Source of the DNA: an uncultured bacterium
GTDB taxonomy: Bacteria; Chloroflexota; UBA5177; JANWHV01
Assembly (NCBI GenBank): GCA_963827235.1
Contig: CAWHAE010000016.1
Coordinates: 1,156,002-1,220,001 of the forward strand
Direction of reading: 5' to 3'
DNA: 64,000 nucleotides
The notes under the pieces are model-generated. The model was not told the DNA's origin, did not search any database, and saw only the letters and a list, made by a program, of their open reading frames with translations. The translations under genes were made by a program, and so were the position numbers. Below, one piece after another: positions 30,001-39,542 of this stretch (within the stretch, counting starts at the first letter, position 1; each line of letters begins with the position of its first letter).

Positions 30001-31514
30001 TCAACAGGCAGGGGAAAGGGCCGGGCCGTCCAGGTGCAGCCCGGGAGCGGCGGGGAAGTCTCGACGACCCCATCCGTGACGGCTCAGGAGTCGCTTGAGG
30101 TTCTGTCCTGCGGCCGTCCAGAGCACTTGCACGTTCACCCGCCAGAGCCGCCGCAGCCGACAGCGCCGTAAGCCATGCCAGGACTTGGCCTCGGCGAAGA
30201 GCGGTTCGACCCACACGCTGCGCTTGCGCCGCGCCTTGTGGTAGGCCTCGGTGGCTTGGTAGGCGACCACGCGGTCGCGGAACTCCTCGTCGTAGTGGCG
30301 CGCGATGCTCCGGCCGTAGGCGGAGCCGGTGCAGCGCTCCCGGAGCGCACAGGCATCGCAGGTGGCGGGGTCGGCCCGGTACATCAGGAGTTGCTGGGTG
30401 TGGCTGGCTGACCGGTAGGGCAGGCTGGCCCCGTTGGGACAGATGTACCGGTCGCCGGCGGGGTCGTAGGTGAAGTCCTCTTTGTTGAAGTCTGGCTCAC
30501 TCCGTGCGAGGTGCGGCATGAGGACGTAGGCGCGCACCCCCTGCTCCTCAAGGGCGCGGATGATCGCCAGGGTGCCGTACGCCTTGTCGCCCGTGGCTTG
30601 CCGGAGCCGCAGGTGCCAGCGCATGCGGGTCCGCCAGATGAGGTCCAGCGCCGGCAGCTCCTCTGCGACCTCAGCCGGCGTCGCTAACGCTTCCAGAATG
30701 ATGCGGGCCGTGCCGCCGTCGACGACGTAGTGGCCTTGGTAGCCTCAAGCGCACCCCGTCGCGCATCGGCAGGTGAGTGGCATCTGGGTCGGTGGTGCTC
30801 ACCGCGTGCTCGGCCGTGCGCACCCAGACATGGTGGACGCGCCGCCGGTCCAGCAGCCCACTTTGCGCCAGCCAGTCGTGCCGGGTCGCGTTTGCTGCGG
30901 CCAGGGCAGGCGCCTCCTCCTCGCTCGGCCCGATGCGGGTGGGTTCCTCGCTGACCACCGCTGGCGGCTCGGGCCCCAGGGCGCCCTCGTTGATGGCAAA
31001 CAGGTCGTCCACATGCGCGCGGGCGGCGACGGCGAAGCGCGGCTGTATGGACTCCACTGAGGCGTCGGCCACCATCTTGGTGGCGTCGCTGTACAGCTCC
31101 TTGCCCCAGACCAGCCCGGCCGCCACGCAGCGCTCGACAATCTCGTCGAAGAAGCGCTGGAACACCTCCCGGCCGTAGCGTTCGCGGATGCGCGTCAGGC
31201 TGGAGTGGTCGGGCAGCGCTTCCCCGAGGTCGTATCCTATAATACCACCGTGCCCCGAGCCGATCTGCTACCAAGCGCATGAGCTGCCGCTCGGAGCGAA
31301 TGCCCTCCAAGAACATGACCAGCTCGAGCCTGAAGAAGACGACCGGATCGATGCTCGGGCGCCCGGCCAGGGCATAGTAGGGCGCCACCAGCTCGCGCAC
31401 GAAGGTGAGGTCCAGCACCCGCTCCACATGGCGATAGAAGTGATCGCGCGGCACCAACTGCTCGAGCGTCAGGTGCTCGACCGGCGCAAACTGCCGGACC
31501 TTCAGCCCCATCAT
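30001..31514 (-). CDS. IS1182-family transposase (several frameshifts)
   Basis: LEQLVPRDHFYR, GRPSIDPVVFFRL, STTDPDA, GDKAYG, YICPNG, VEPLFAEAKSWHGLRR. Confidence 0.85.
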
Positions 31515-31818
31515 CTGCCTGCTCCCTGCCCACCGACCCCAACCATCGTACGCTCCAGCTTGGCGTCCTGAGCGCTAAGGATCAAGCAACCTGGACGGCG
31601 CGCCGGACGGGCAGGAGCACTGCCGCGGTGCACACGCTGACCCCCAGCGGCGTGTGGGCGGAGTGGCGGGCCTGTGAGCGCGGCCCGTCCACACGTCGCT
31701 TCGCCCCGCCATCTCTGCCCGCCGACCAGCCCCTCCCGGCAACGTGTCGTAACGATAGAAACTCCGCTAGACTGGAGAGGAGCAGTTGCTGTCGTTACGA
31801 CCGGCGCGAGGAGGGCAC

Positions 31819-32088
31819 GTGCGCACCATCACCACCGTGTGCGACTACTGTGGTGAGCCTGCCCAGGTCACCTATGCCGGGACCGGTCGCCCGCCGCTCT
31901 TCTGCGATGCCGTCTGCAGGGCGGCAACTCGTCAGGCTCAGCGCCAGGCCGATGCCGAACAGCACGGTGCTGCCCGGGCCCGCCGCTGGCGTGCCGCGCA
32001 CCCGGAAGGCGTGGCGAGTCAGCGAGTGCAACGCCAGCAGCGCGAGGCAGCCTGGCGTGCTCTGCTTGCCCGCGTCCGCAACGAGTGA
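31819..32088 (+). CDS. Small CxxC...CxxxC Zn-finger protein inside IS1182
   Basis: MRTITTVCDYCGE...GRPPLFCDAVCR; GAGGAGG RBS; stop codon immediately before the TIR. Confidence 0.6.
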   Translation: MRTITTVCDYCGEPAQVTYAGTGRPPLFCDAVCRAATRQAQRQADAEQHGAARARRWRAAHPEGVASQRVQRQQREAAWRALLARVRNE

Positions 32089-32643
32089 CACGGGGTCAGT
32101 TTTTCAACAGACTGCGCCCCCCTACAGCCGCACTTAACGGGATCGCCACCACATGTGCACTTGTTGAAAAACTCATAGCACAAGATGTAGTAGGCGGATC
32201 GCTGAAGATGCTCGAAGTGCGGCTGTAGGGGCCCAAGGATCAAAGTTGAGGTCGCTTCCGGGCAGTTGTAGGTCGAGATCATGCCTGCGCGGTGTGATCG
32301 ACCCAGAGCATACTCATGCGTTGGCCCGAGATTCCATACATCTGGCCAAGCATCGTGATTGCAGGCTGGATGCCGACTTCAGGCCCTTCATTACGCTGCT
32401 GATCGCGGCAGACACTCGGACGGCCCGTCCCGCGGTGCGCGCGTGGGGCATACTACACGACCCGCGGACATTCAAGAGAAAACCGCTGCCGCATGCCGTT
32501 CAGGTCATGCCACTGAGGCCGGCCAATGGCGCTTTGGAGAAGCTCGCAGACGCCTTACCGCAACGTGCCCGCGACTTCTGGCGGGGAAATCGGCGGGGAA
32601 GCCGGATACTCAAGATCGAAAAAGAGCGATTTTGCCACGTTTA

Positions 32644-32950
32644 GAGAGCGGGTAACGAGACTCGAACCCACGTCCATCTGCTTGGGAAGCAGGCCGGGCT
32701 TCGTGCACGGTCATCCGCCGTCCTCTATCTTCCTCCGTCATCTCTGGTAGCTCCTTCGAAGATGGAGTTCTATGCAGTTCTCTGGACCGTCGTACGCGAC
32801 ACCTCACGTGTTAAAACGCGTGCTAAGAATACGGCTCGACCTTCGCCTAATGATGGGCTCATGCTTTATGCATTGATCACCCGATAACTGCCAACATACT
32901 GCCTGGAACCGGGTTACCCTCATAGTACTCGTGAGCTGAAATCGGCGCGA
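32644..32950 (+). repeat. Left ~300-bp island-boundary repeat (att-like), containing a minus-strand tRNA-Gly(CCC) mimic
   Basis: TCTATCTTCCTC..CTCTGGTAGC..CGAAGATGG.GTTCTATGCAGTTCT..GACCGTCGT..GCGACA.CTCACGTG.TAAAACG shared with 38250-38560. Confidence 0.75.
32647..32718 (-). pseudogene. tRNA-Gly(CCC)-like sequence with non-canonical D-arm, no CCA
   Basis: GCGGATG..CTGCTTCCCAAGCAG..GGGTTCGAGTCTC..TACCCGC, 72 nt. Confidence 0.65.
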
Positions 32951-33082
32951 TATGGTCAATGACGAATCCTCGGCTACCGTGCGCAGAAACCGCCCGTCGT
33001 CCGCACACCCTATCTACCTGCGCCAGTGCACTGGCCGGAGTATGCCACACACTGGTACTACTGAGCTGGGAGGCGAACGCGA

Positions 33083-35581
33083 TTGCTCGACGAAGTGGAC
33101 CAAGATCCATCGATTTCACGACGGGATGCCGTTGCTCACGAGATCATCGCGCTCCGGCGCCGCTTGACATCCCTCGAACAGGAGTGCTCCACTATAGGCG
33201 CTCGTCTTGCTGCATTGGAAATGGCGTGGTCTGCTGATGGTCCTGGCGATGGCAGCAAGGCAACTGTCGGCATCCCAAAGGCGTTCTCCACCGCCGCGAA
33301 GCTCACGCTGTTTGCTGACCTCTTCCGTGGACGCGAGGACGTCTTCCCGCGCCGCTGGGAGAACCTGAAGACGGGCAAGTCCGGCTATGCTCCCGCATGC
33401 CGCAACGAGTGGGTCCGCGGTATTTGCGGCAAGCCTTCGGTCAGGTGCAGCGAGTGCCCCAACCAGGCATTCATCCCGGCTACTGAGGACATACTGCGCG
33501 CACACCTCCAGGGACGATCGCCGGGGCGCAGCGGGGACTTCACGGCAGGCGTGTACCCCCTGCTGGTGGATGAGACCTGTTGGTTCCTCGCTGCCGACTT
33601 CGACAAGACCTGCTGGATGCGCGATGTCGCCGCCTACCGTGACGCAGCTCGAGCCCATGGCCTCAGCGTGGCCGTCGAGCGCTCCCGCTCGGGAAATGGT
33701 GCCCACGCCTGGCTCTTCTTCGCCAAGCCCATTCCAGTCACCGAAGCGAGAAAGCTTGGCGCGCTCCTCATTACGGCTGCCATGGAGCGCTGCCCCGACC
33801 TGGGCTTCGATTCCTACGACCGCTTCTTTCCCAGCCAGGACACCATGCCGCTCGGCGGCTTCGGCAACCTGATCGCTCTGCCATTGCAAGCCCGTCCGCG
33901 TGAGGCCGGCAACAGTGTGTTCGTCGACGACGACTTCCGCCCCTATGCCGACCAGTGGGCCTATCTGGGTACAGTCGATCGGATTGATCATGCAGCAGTT
34001 ACCAGATTGGTCGCTGACGCGGCAGCGGGCGGCCGTATTCTGGGCGTGCGCCTGCCTATGAGCGAGGACGACGAGGCGCCCTGGCTGCTACCGCCATCTC
34101 GGCGCGCAGCCGAAGCACCAATCAAGGGGCCGTTGCCCGCCTCGCTCGAGATTGTGCTCGGCAACCAGATCTACGTCGACCGGTCGCAGCTGCCGCCCGC
34201 CTTGGTCACCAGGCTCCTCCGCCTCGCAGCATTCCAGAACCCGGAGTTCTACGCCGCTCAGGCCATGCGCATGCCTACCTTCGGCAAGCCCCGCATCATC
34301 TCGTGCGCGGAGCTGTTCTCCAGACACATCGCCCTGCCACGCGGCTGTCTGGATGCGGTACTCACCCTGCTGGATGCGTTGGGCATCACTGTCGCACTGC
34401 GCGACGAGCGCAATCAGGGAGCGCCCATCGGCCTGCGGTTCCTGGGCGAGCTGACGCCCGAGCAAGAAGCCGCAGCGGCCGACCTCCTGCGGCACGATAC
34501 GGGCGTGTTGGCCGCGACGACCGCGTTCGGCAAGACGGTGGTGGCCGCGCAGCTGATCGCAGCGCGCGATCGCAGCACGCTCGTGCTGGTCCACCGGCGC
34601 CAGCTACTCGACCAGTGGGTAGCTCGGCTCCAGACCTTCCTCGACATTCCATCTGCCAAGGTCGGTGTCATCCAGGGCGGGAAGCGGAAGCCAGGGGGCG
34701 TCGTCGATGTCGCACTGATGCAGAGCCTGGTCCGCAAGGGCGAGGTCGCCGACCTGGTCGCCGACTATGGGCACTTGGTGGTCGACGAGTGCCACCATCT
34801 CTCGGCCGTCAGCTTCGAAGCGATTGCTCGCCAGGTCAAAGCGCGTTATGTATTGGGTCTCTCCGCCACCGTGACGCGCAAGGACGGCCACCACCCGATC
34901 ATCTTTATGCAGTGTGGACCGGTGCGCCATAAGGTCGACGCCCGGCAGCAAGCCGCTGCTCGGCCGTTCGACCACAAGGTGATTTTCCGGCATACGGCGT
35001 TCCGCCCAGCAGCCACGACGGATGAGAGAACGCCAATCCAGACACTCTATACACAACTGGCCGCTGACTCGATGCGGAATGATCTCATCGTCGCCGATGC
35101 CGCCGTCGCCATCACCGCCGGGCGCTCGCCGGTGGTCATCTCCGAACGTCGGGAACACGTGGCAGTGCTGGCTGAGCGGCTGGCCGCCTGCGCCCAACAC
35201 GTTGTGGTGCTGCAGGGCGGCATGGGCGCCCGCCAGTTGCACGCCGCCATGGAGTCCTTGGCCACCATTCCCGAGAACGAAACGCGCGTGCTGGTTGCAA
35301 CTGGGCGCTACCTGGGCGAAGGCTTCGACGATGCCCGCCTCGACACCCTGTTCCTGACGTTACCCATCTCCTGGCGGGGCACACTGGCCCAGTACGCTGG
35401 GCGACTGCATCGACTGCACGCTGCCAAGCGCGAGGTGCTCATCTACGACTACATCGACGTGCACGCTCCGCTGTTCGTCAAGATGGCTGCCAAGCGAGAG
35501 GTGGGCTATCGAAGTCTGGGGTACAGCGCAGTGCAGAACGCAGAGCTGAACTTCAGCCCGTCAGCAGTGCCCGACCAGTAG
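33083..35581 (+). CDS. AEP-like primase domain + SF2 (DEAD/ResIII) helicase (TOTE conflict-system type)
   Basis: LFRGREDVFPRRW, FLAADFD, ERSRSGNGAHAWLFF, GNLIALPLQ; AFGKT, VVDECHH, LGLSAT, QYAGRLHR. Confidence 0.85.
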   Translation: MLDEVDQDPSISRRDAVAHEIIALRRRLTSLEQECSTIGARLAALEMAWSADGPGDGSKATVGIPKAFSTAAKLTLFADLFRGREDVFPRRWENLKTGKSGYAPACRNEWVRGICGKPSVRCSECPNQAFIPATEDILRAHLQGRSPGRSGDFTAGVYPLLVDETCWFLAADFDKTCWMRDVAAYRDAARAHGLSVAVERSRSGNGAHAWLFFAKPIPVTEARKLGALLITAAMERCPDLGFDSYDRFFPSQDTMPLGGFGNLIALPLQARPREAGNSVFVDDDFRPYADQWAYLGTVDRIDHAAVTRLVADAAAGGRILGVRLPMSEDDEAPWLLPPSRRAAEAPIKGPLPASLEIVLGNQIYVDRSQLPPALVTRLLRLAAFQNPEFYAAQAMRMPTFGKPRIISCAELFSRHIALPRGCLDAVLTLLDALGITVALRDERNQGAPIGLRFLGELTPEQEAAAADLLRHDTGVLAATTAFGKTVVAAQLIAARDRSTLVLVHRRQLLDQWVARLQTFLDIPSAKVGVIQGGKRKPGGVVDVALMQSLVRKGEVADLVADYGHLVVDECHHLSAVSFEAIARQVKARYVLGLSATVTRKDGHHPIIFMQCGPVRHKVDARQQAAARPFDHKVIFRHTAFRPAATTDERTPIQTLYTQLAADSMRNDLIVADAAVAITAGRSPVVISERREHVAVLAERLAACAQHVVVLQGGMGARQLHAAMESLATIPENETRVLVATGRYLGEGFDDARLDTLFLTLPISWRGTLAQYAGRLHRLHAAKREVLIYDYIDVHAPLFVKMAAKREVGYRSLGYSAVQNAELNFSPSAVPDQ

Positions 35582-35735
35582 GTCACTGATCAGCAGAATC
35601 TGGCGATCGCGATGAGCGCCCACCGCTCTCGTCGACGCACCTGCATCGTCTATCGTGCACGTCAGCTGTTGAGCGGGGCTACAGGTACAGTTCGCCTTCT
35701 GTCGCAGCACAAGGCAGCGTCGTCAGGTGCAAATC

Positions 35736-36416
35736 TCATCCACGTCCGAGCCGTTTCGGTGGCGGCCAGGCATCCAGCGACGGGCAGGGCCCTACCAGAT
35801 ACACCGAGTCCCACGCACCGCCATCCTGCGGATAGTCGAGCGTCAGCTCCGCGGTGCCAAAGACGGTGGCCCAGATGGCCGTGAGCTGCGGTTCCGTGAT
35901 CTGACGGCGGCCGGACTCGACGACGACCACCCGTACCCAGAGCTGATCGCCTTGCACGCGGAAGTAGGCCTTCGGCGGCGGGCTCTCGGTGACCGGCACC
36001 TCCGTGCCCAGCTCCGCCAACGCGGCTTCCAGGGCCGGACGCGCAGCGCGCAGCACCCTCTCCATCAACCGTACCGGCGCGTCAGCATCGAAGTTGGCGA
36101 TGTCTGCCGATGTCGGCAAATGACTGTCACTACGCGCCAAGGTTTCCACCCGAGCGTACACCGTGTGGTCGCCCGCTGCCAGGAGCCAGCAGACGTCGCG
36201 GCCACGGTCATACCAGGTGACGGCTCGTACACTGCGGCCACCCGAGAGGTCGGCGTGAAGCTTCCGGAGCGGTCCGCCCACCCCTTGCATCGTCTCACCG
36301 CTCTCTGGGTCCAACCCGCGACGTTCGACGAAGACCTCGACGATGTGTTCAGCAACATCGGCTGAGAGTGCCGCAAAGTCATCCCAACACCGTGCAGTAA
36401 TCGCCAGGTCGCTCAC
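35736..36416 (-). CDS. Hypothetical protein, possible RelE-like toxin with C-terminal extension
   Basis: GTG start overlaps the upstream TGA; GPLRKLH..GGRSVRAVTWYD..VCWLLAAGDH resembles a RelE-fold pattern. Confidence 0.5.
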   Translation of the reverse strand: MSDLAITARCWDDFAALSADVAEHIVEVFVERRGLDPESGETMQGVGGPLRKLHADLSGGRSVRAVTWYDRGRDVCWLLAAGDHTVYARVETLARSDSHLPTSADIANFDADAPVRLMERVLRAARPALEAALAELGTEVPVTESPPPKAYFRVQGDQLWVRVVVVESGRRQITEPQLTAIWATVFGTAELTLDYPQDGGAWDSVYLVGPCPSLDAWPPPKRLGRG

Positions 36417-36742
36417 GGCCTCGGCTGGCTGCGGGCGCGCAGGCGCGCCAGCGCCGCACTCACCGACACCGAGCCATCCGGTGTCGCGCCAGGCACCTCC
36501 TCGCGGAGGGAACGGATCGCCGCCAGCTGGGCAGAGGGATCGGGAGAAAACCGCAGATCGAGCGCGGCTTGGAGCAGTGCTCGGTAGTCGCGGCCCATCA
36601 GCTCCTCGCGCAAGGCCAGTGCCTCCTCGACGATGGTGGCCTTTTCCTTCTGTTCGATGGCCGCCGCAACGTCGAGCGCGCGTGCGCGGTCTACTGCGAG
36701 CTTGAGATTGGTTTGTACCTTCTGCCTCGACGTCGTGGCCAT
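36413..36742 (-). CDS. Hypothetical protein, RHH-like putative antitoxin
   Basis: KVQTNLKLAVDRARALDVAAAIEQKEKATIVEEAL; GCTA(T/C)C direct repeats upstream at ~36758-36779. Confidence 0.5.
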   Translation of the reverse strand: MATTSRQKVQTNLKLAVDRARALDVAAAIEQKEKATIVEEALALREELMGRDYRALLQAALDLRFSPDPSAQLAAIRSLREEVPGATPDGSVSVSAALARLRARSQPRP

Positions 36743-37029
36743 GTCGTGCCCCCACTTGCTATCTAGCTATCCAGCTACCTATTCTACCGCAGTTGCGGGG
36801 CACATGTCGAGCGGCTACTGCCAGTTCGGTGCGTTACCTCGTAGCAGGACTTCTGTATGCAATGAGCCATCCGCTTCCTCAGAACCCGGTAACCTGAGGC
36901 CTCGCCGGTATACCGGAGGTGGCATGTCACAGTGACTGGGGCGCGTCACGTACCTACCGCGTGATCGGCCAGGCCGGTGCCGTCGCCGACTGCCACTGCA
37001 GGCGAAATCATGAATACGGAGCATCGATA

Positions 37030-38169
37030 ATGGCACGAGGCAGCATTCAGGTACGCAAAGGTCCACGCGGCATCGCCTATCGCACTCGCGCCGAGCACGG
37101 TCCAGATCCACTGACGGGCACACGCAAGCAACGATCCAAGACCTTCCTGGTTCGGCGTGAGGCCGAAGCGTACCTCACGCGCTGGCAGGCGGAAATCGAG
37201 CGCGGTATCGCCGTCGAGCCGAGCACGGTGACCGTCGGCGAGCAACTGCGCTACTGGCTGCAGTCCTACGCACGGAGCCGTGTAAGCGTGCAGACCTTCG
37301 CCGAGTATGAACGCACCGTCCGCGCCTACATCGCTCCCATTCTCGGAGCGGTGCCACTGCAAAAACTGGGCGTGGCGCATCTGGAAGCCTTCAAAGGAGA
37401 ATCGCTGGCTCGCGGCCTGGGTGCCAGGACAGTCAGCGTCTGCCTTATGCGGCTGCAGCAGATGCTCGCCCAGGCCATTGACCTGCACCTGCTGGCGACG
37501 AACGCGGCCGTGCACGTGGAGAAGCCCCGGGAGCTGAGTCGCCGAGGCCGGACCTGGACGGCCGAGCAAGACCGCCGCTTCCTCGCTGTCGCTGACCACA
37601 GTCCCTGCGCGCCGATCTGGGCCGTGTACCTGGGTAGCGGTATGCGGCGCGGCGAGGGTCTGGGCCTGCGCTGGGAAGACGTCTCCTTCCTCTATTGGAC
37701 GTTGCGCGTCGAGCAGACCATCGGCCTGGAGCGGGGCAGAACGGTGGTCAAGCCGCGACCAAAGACGGAGTCATCCCGGCGCACCATCGCCGTCGACGCC
37801 ACGATCATCGCCGCACTCGCGGCACTGCGGGAGCGCCAGCAGGTCACACGTGAGCAGGCCGATGACGCATGGCAGGATCGCGATCTGGTCTTCGCCACAC
37901 GCCACGGCCAGCCCATCAACCCGAACAACTTGCTCCGCGACTTCCGTCGCCTGATCGCCCTCGCCGGTGTGCCGCGCATCCGGATCCACGATCTGCGCCA
38001 CACGCACATCACGCTGGCCATTCAAGCCGGCGCGCCAATCGCCGCAGTGAGCCGCCGCGCTGGCCATGCACGGGTGAGTACCACCATGGACATCTACGCT
38101 CAGGTCACAGCCGACATGCACGCGGAAGTCGCCGATCGCATCAGCGGGCTGCTCTTCGCGCCGCGGTGA
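37030..38169 (+). CDS. Tyrosine recombinase / phage-ICE integrase
   Basis: MARGSIQ N-terminal arm-binding domain, GMRRGEGLGLRW, RIHDLRHTH, AGHARVSTTMDIY. Confidence 0.95.
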   Translation: MARGSIQVRKGPRGIAYRTRAEHGPDPLTGTRKQRSKTFLVRREAEAYLTRWQAEIERGIAVEPSTVTVGEQLRYWLQSYARSRVSVQTFAEYERTVRAYIAPILGAVPLQKLGVAHLEAFKGESLARGLGARTVSVCLMRLQQMLAQAIDLHLLATNAAVHVEKPRELSRRGRTWTAEQDRRFLAVADHSPCAPIWAVYLGSGMRRGEGLGLRWEDVSFLYWTLRVEQTIGLERGRTVVKPRPKTESSRRTIAVDATIIAALAALRERQQVTREQADDAWQDRDLVFATRHGQPINPNNLLRDFRRLIALAGVPRIRIHDLRHTHITLAIQAGAPIAAVSRRAGHARVSTTMDIYAQVTADMHAEVADRISGLLFAPR

Positions 38170-38207
38170 CCAAGGTCACGATCGGCCGTGACCAATTCGT
38201 GACCAAG
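38165..38207 (+). repeat. GTGACCAA x3 plus inverted GGTCAC: integrase arm-type site candidates
   Basis: gGTGACCAAggtcacgatcggccGTGACCAAttcGTGACCAAg directly after the int stop codon. Confidence 0.6.
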
Positions 38208-38249
38208 CGCAATGATGAGTCTGGCTTAAGCGCGATTTAGGCGTAAGAA

Positions 38250-38560
38250 GAGGGCGGGTGACCGTGCACGAAGCCCGGCCTGCTCCCAAGCAGAATGTCG
38301 CCGGTTCGAGCCCGGTCACCCGTCTTTGTCTATCTTCCTCTGTCTTCTCTGGTAGCGCCATCGAAGATGGCGTTCTATGCAGTTCTGTAGACCGTCGTTC
38401 GCGACATCTCACGTGCTAAAACGGGTGCTTAAAGTGCGGCTTGAGACTCGCCCTGTGGTGGCCTTCTCTCTGATGCTCGCATTGCCCGCCTAGCTCTGAT
38501 GTTCTGCCTGGGATAGGCTGCCCTCATGGTACTATTGAGATACATGTTGCCGCGATACTT
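38250..38560 (+). repeat. Right ~300-bp island-boundary repeat (att-like), containing a plus-strand tRNA-Gly(CCC) mimic
   Basis: Homolog of 32644-32950. Confidence 0.75.
38254..38323 (+). pseudogene. tRNA-Gly(CCC)-like sequence with non-canonical D-arm, no CCA
   Basis: GCGGGTG-ACCGTGCACGAAGCCCGGC-CTGCTCCCAAGCAG-AATGTC-GCCGGTTCGAGCCCGGT-CACCCGT. Confidence 0.65.
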
Positions 38561-38577
38561 CTATCGACGAGGTCACC

Positions 38578-39015
38578 ATGGCTGTCAGAACAATCCCAGT
38601 GCACCTGCCTGAAGACCTCTACGCTCACCTCGCGGCACAGGCCCAGAGCGTGCCGCACAGTCGGTCGACGAGCTGGCGGCGCAGACCCTCGCCGAGCGGC
38701 TCCCAGCTGCGTCTGATGCCGAGTCTGTCGCCTGCGCTGCAGGCGGAGCTAGAGGCCATGACCCAACTGTCCGATGACGCCCTCTGGGCAATCGCGGGGA
38801 GCACGGTAAACGCGGATAAGCTCGCCCTCTATGACCTGCTCATCGAGCGACAGAACGCCGGCCCGTTGACCCCGGATGGGAAGCAGTTGCTCGCCCAGTT
38901 GCGCGACGAGGCTGACGCCTTGATGGTGCGCAAGGCGCACGCATATGCCCTCTTGCGCCAGCGGGGACATACGCTGCCGAGCCTGGACGACCTGGCACCG
39001 TCCGATCGGCGATGA
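38578..39015 (+). CDS. RHH-like/antitoxin-type protein upstream of HNH
   Basis: IPVHLPEDLYAHL; LSDDALWAIA...LMVRKAHAYALLRQRG; ATGA overlap with the next gene. Confidence 0.6.
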   Translation: MAVRTIPVHLPEDLYAHLAAQAQSVPHSRSTSWRRRPSPSGSQLRLMPSLSPALQAELEAMTQLSDDALWAIAGSTVNADKLALYDLLIERQNAGPLTPDGKQLLAQLRDEADALMVRKAHAYALLRQRGHTLPSLDDLAPSDRR

Positions 39016-39447
39016 GCCGGCCAGCGATATGCTGCGGCGCTCCAGCGGCAGATCCTGAGCGGATGCCGGCCACCGCTGCGGTTACTGTCAATCCGACGAG
39101 CGCCTAACAGGCATTCCGCTCAGCATGGAGCACATCGGCCCCATTGCGGCGGGCGGGCAAACCGTCCGCGAGAACCTCTGGCGCTCCTGCCGGCCCTGCA
39201 ACGAGCTCAAAGGCGTGCAGACCGACGCCGTGGATCCGGATACTCGGCGAGTTGGTCTCCACTCTACAATCCGCGCACGGACAACTGGCACGAGCACTTT
39301 GGCTGGAATGACGATGGCACCACACTGCTTGCTCATTCCCCGATTGGTCGAGTGACGATTACGGCGCTCCAGCTCAATCGGCCCATGCTGCGCAGCGCCC
39401 GCCGGCGCTGGGTGCTAGCAGGCTGGCATCCGCCACCTCTCCGCTGA
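39012..39447 (+). CDS. HNH endonuclease (frameshifted)
   Basis: HRCGYC, MEHIGPIAAGG, NLWRSCRPCNELKG, then LYNPRTDNWHEHFGW...LQLNR...GWHPP in a shifted frame. Confidence 0.75.
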
Positions 39448-39542
39448 GGAATCGTAGATCGCGCGCACTGCCTGAGCAGTCGTCCGGAATCCTTACCGCC
39501 CGTACACTGAACGAGGAGTGAGCAGCGTGGGAGGCAGTATTC

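Larger units (their letters stand above)
29906..32113 (-). mobile_element. IS1182-family element with passenger ORF
   Basis: TIRs AGAGTGTTGAAAAAC (29906-) and GTTTTTCAACAGACT (-32113), both flanked by GCGC (putative 4-bp TSD). Confidence 0.8.

Noticed and set aside
32246-32644. 132-aa ORF left of the island repeat
   Set aside because: TTG start, no recognisable domain, lies among IS-end remnants
32647-32718. Functional tRNA-Gly gene (also 38254-38323)
   Set aside because: Lacks U8/A14 and the D-loop GG, has acceptor- or T-stem mismatches, the right copy has a shortened anticodon loop, and no CCA; reported as a mimic instead
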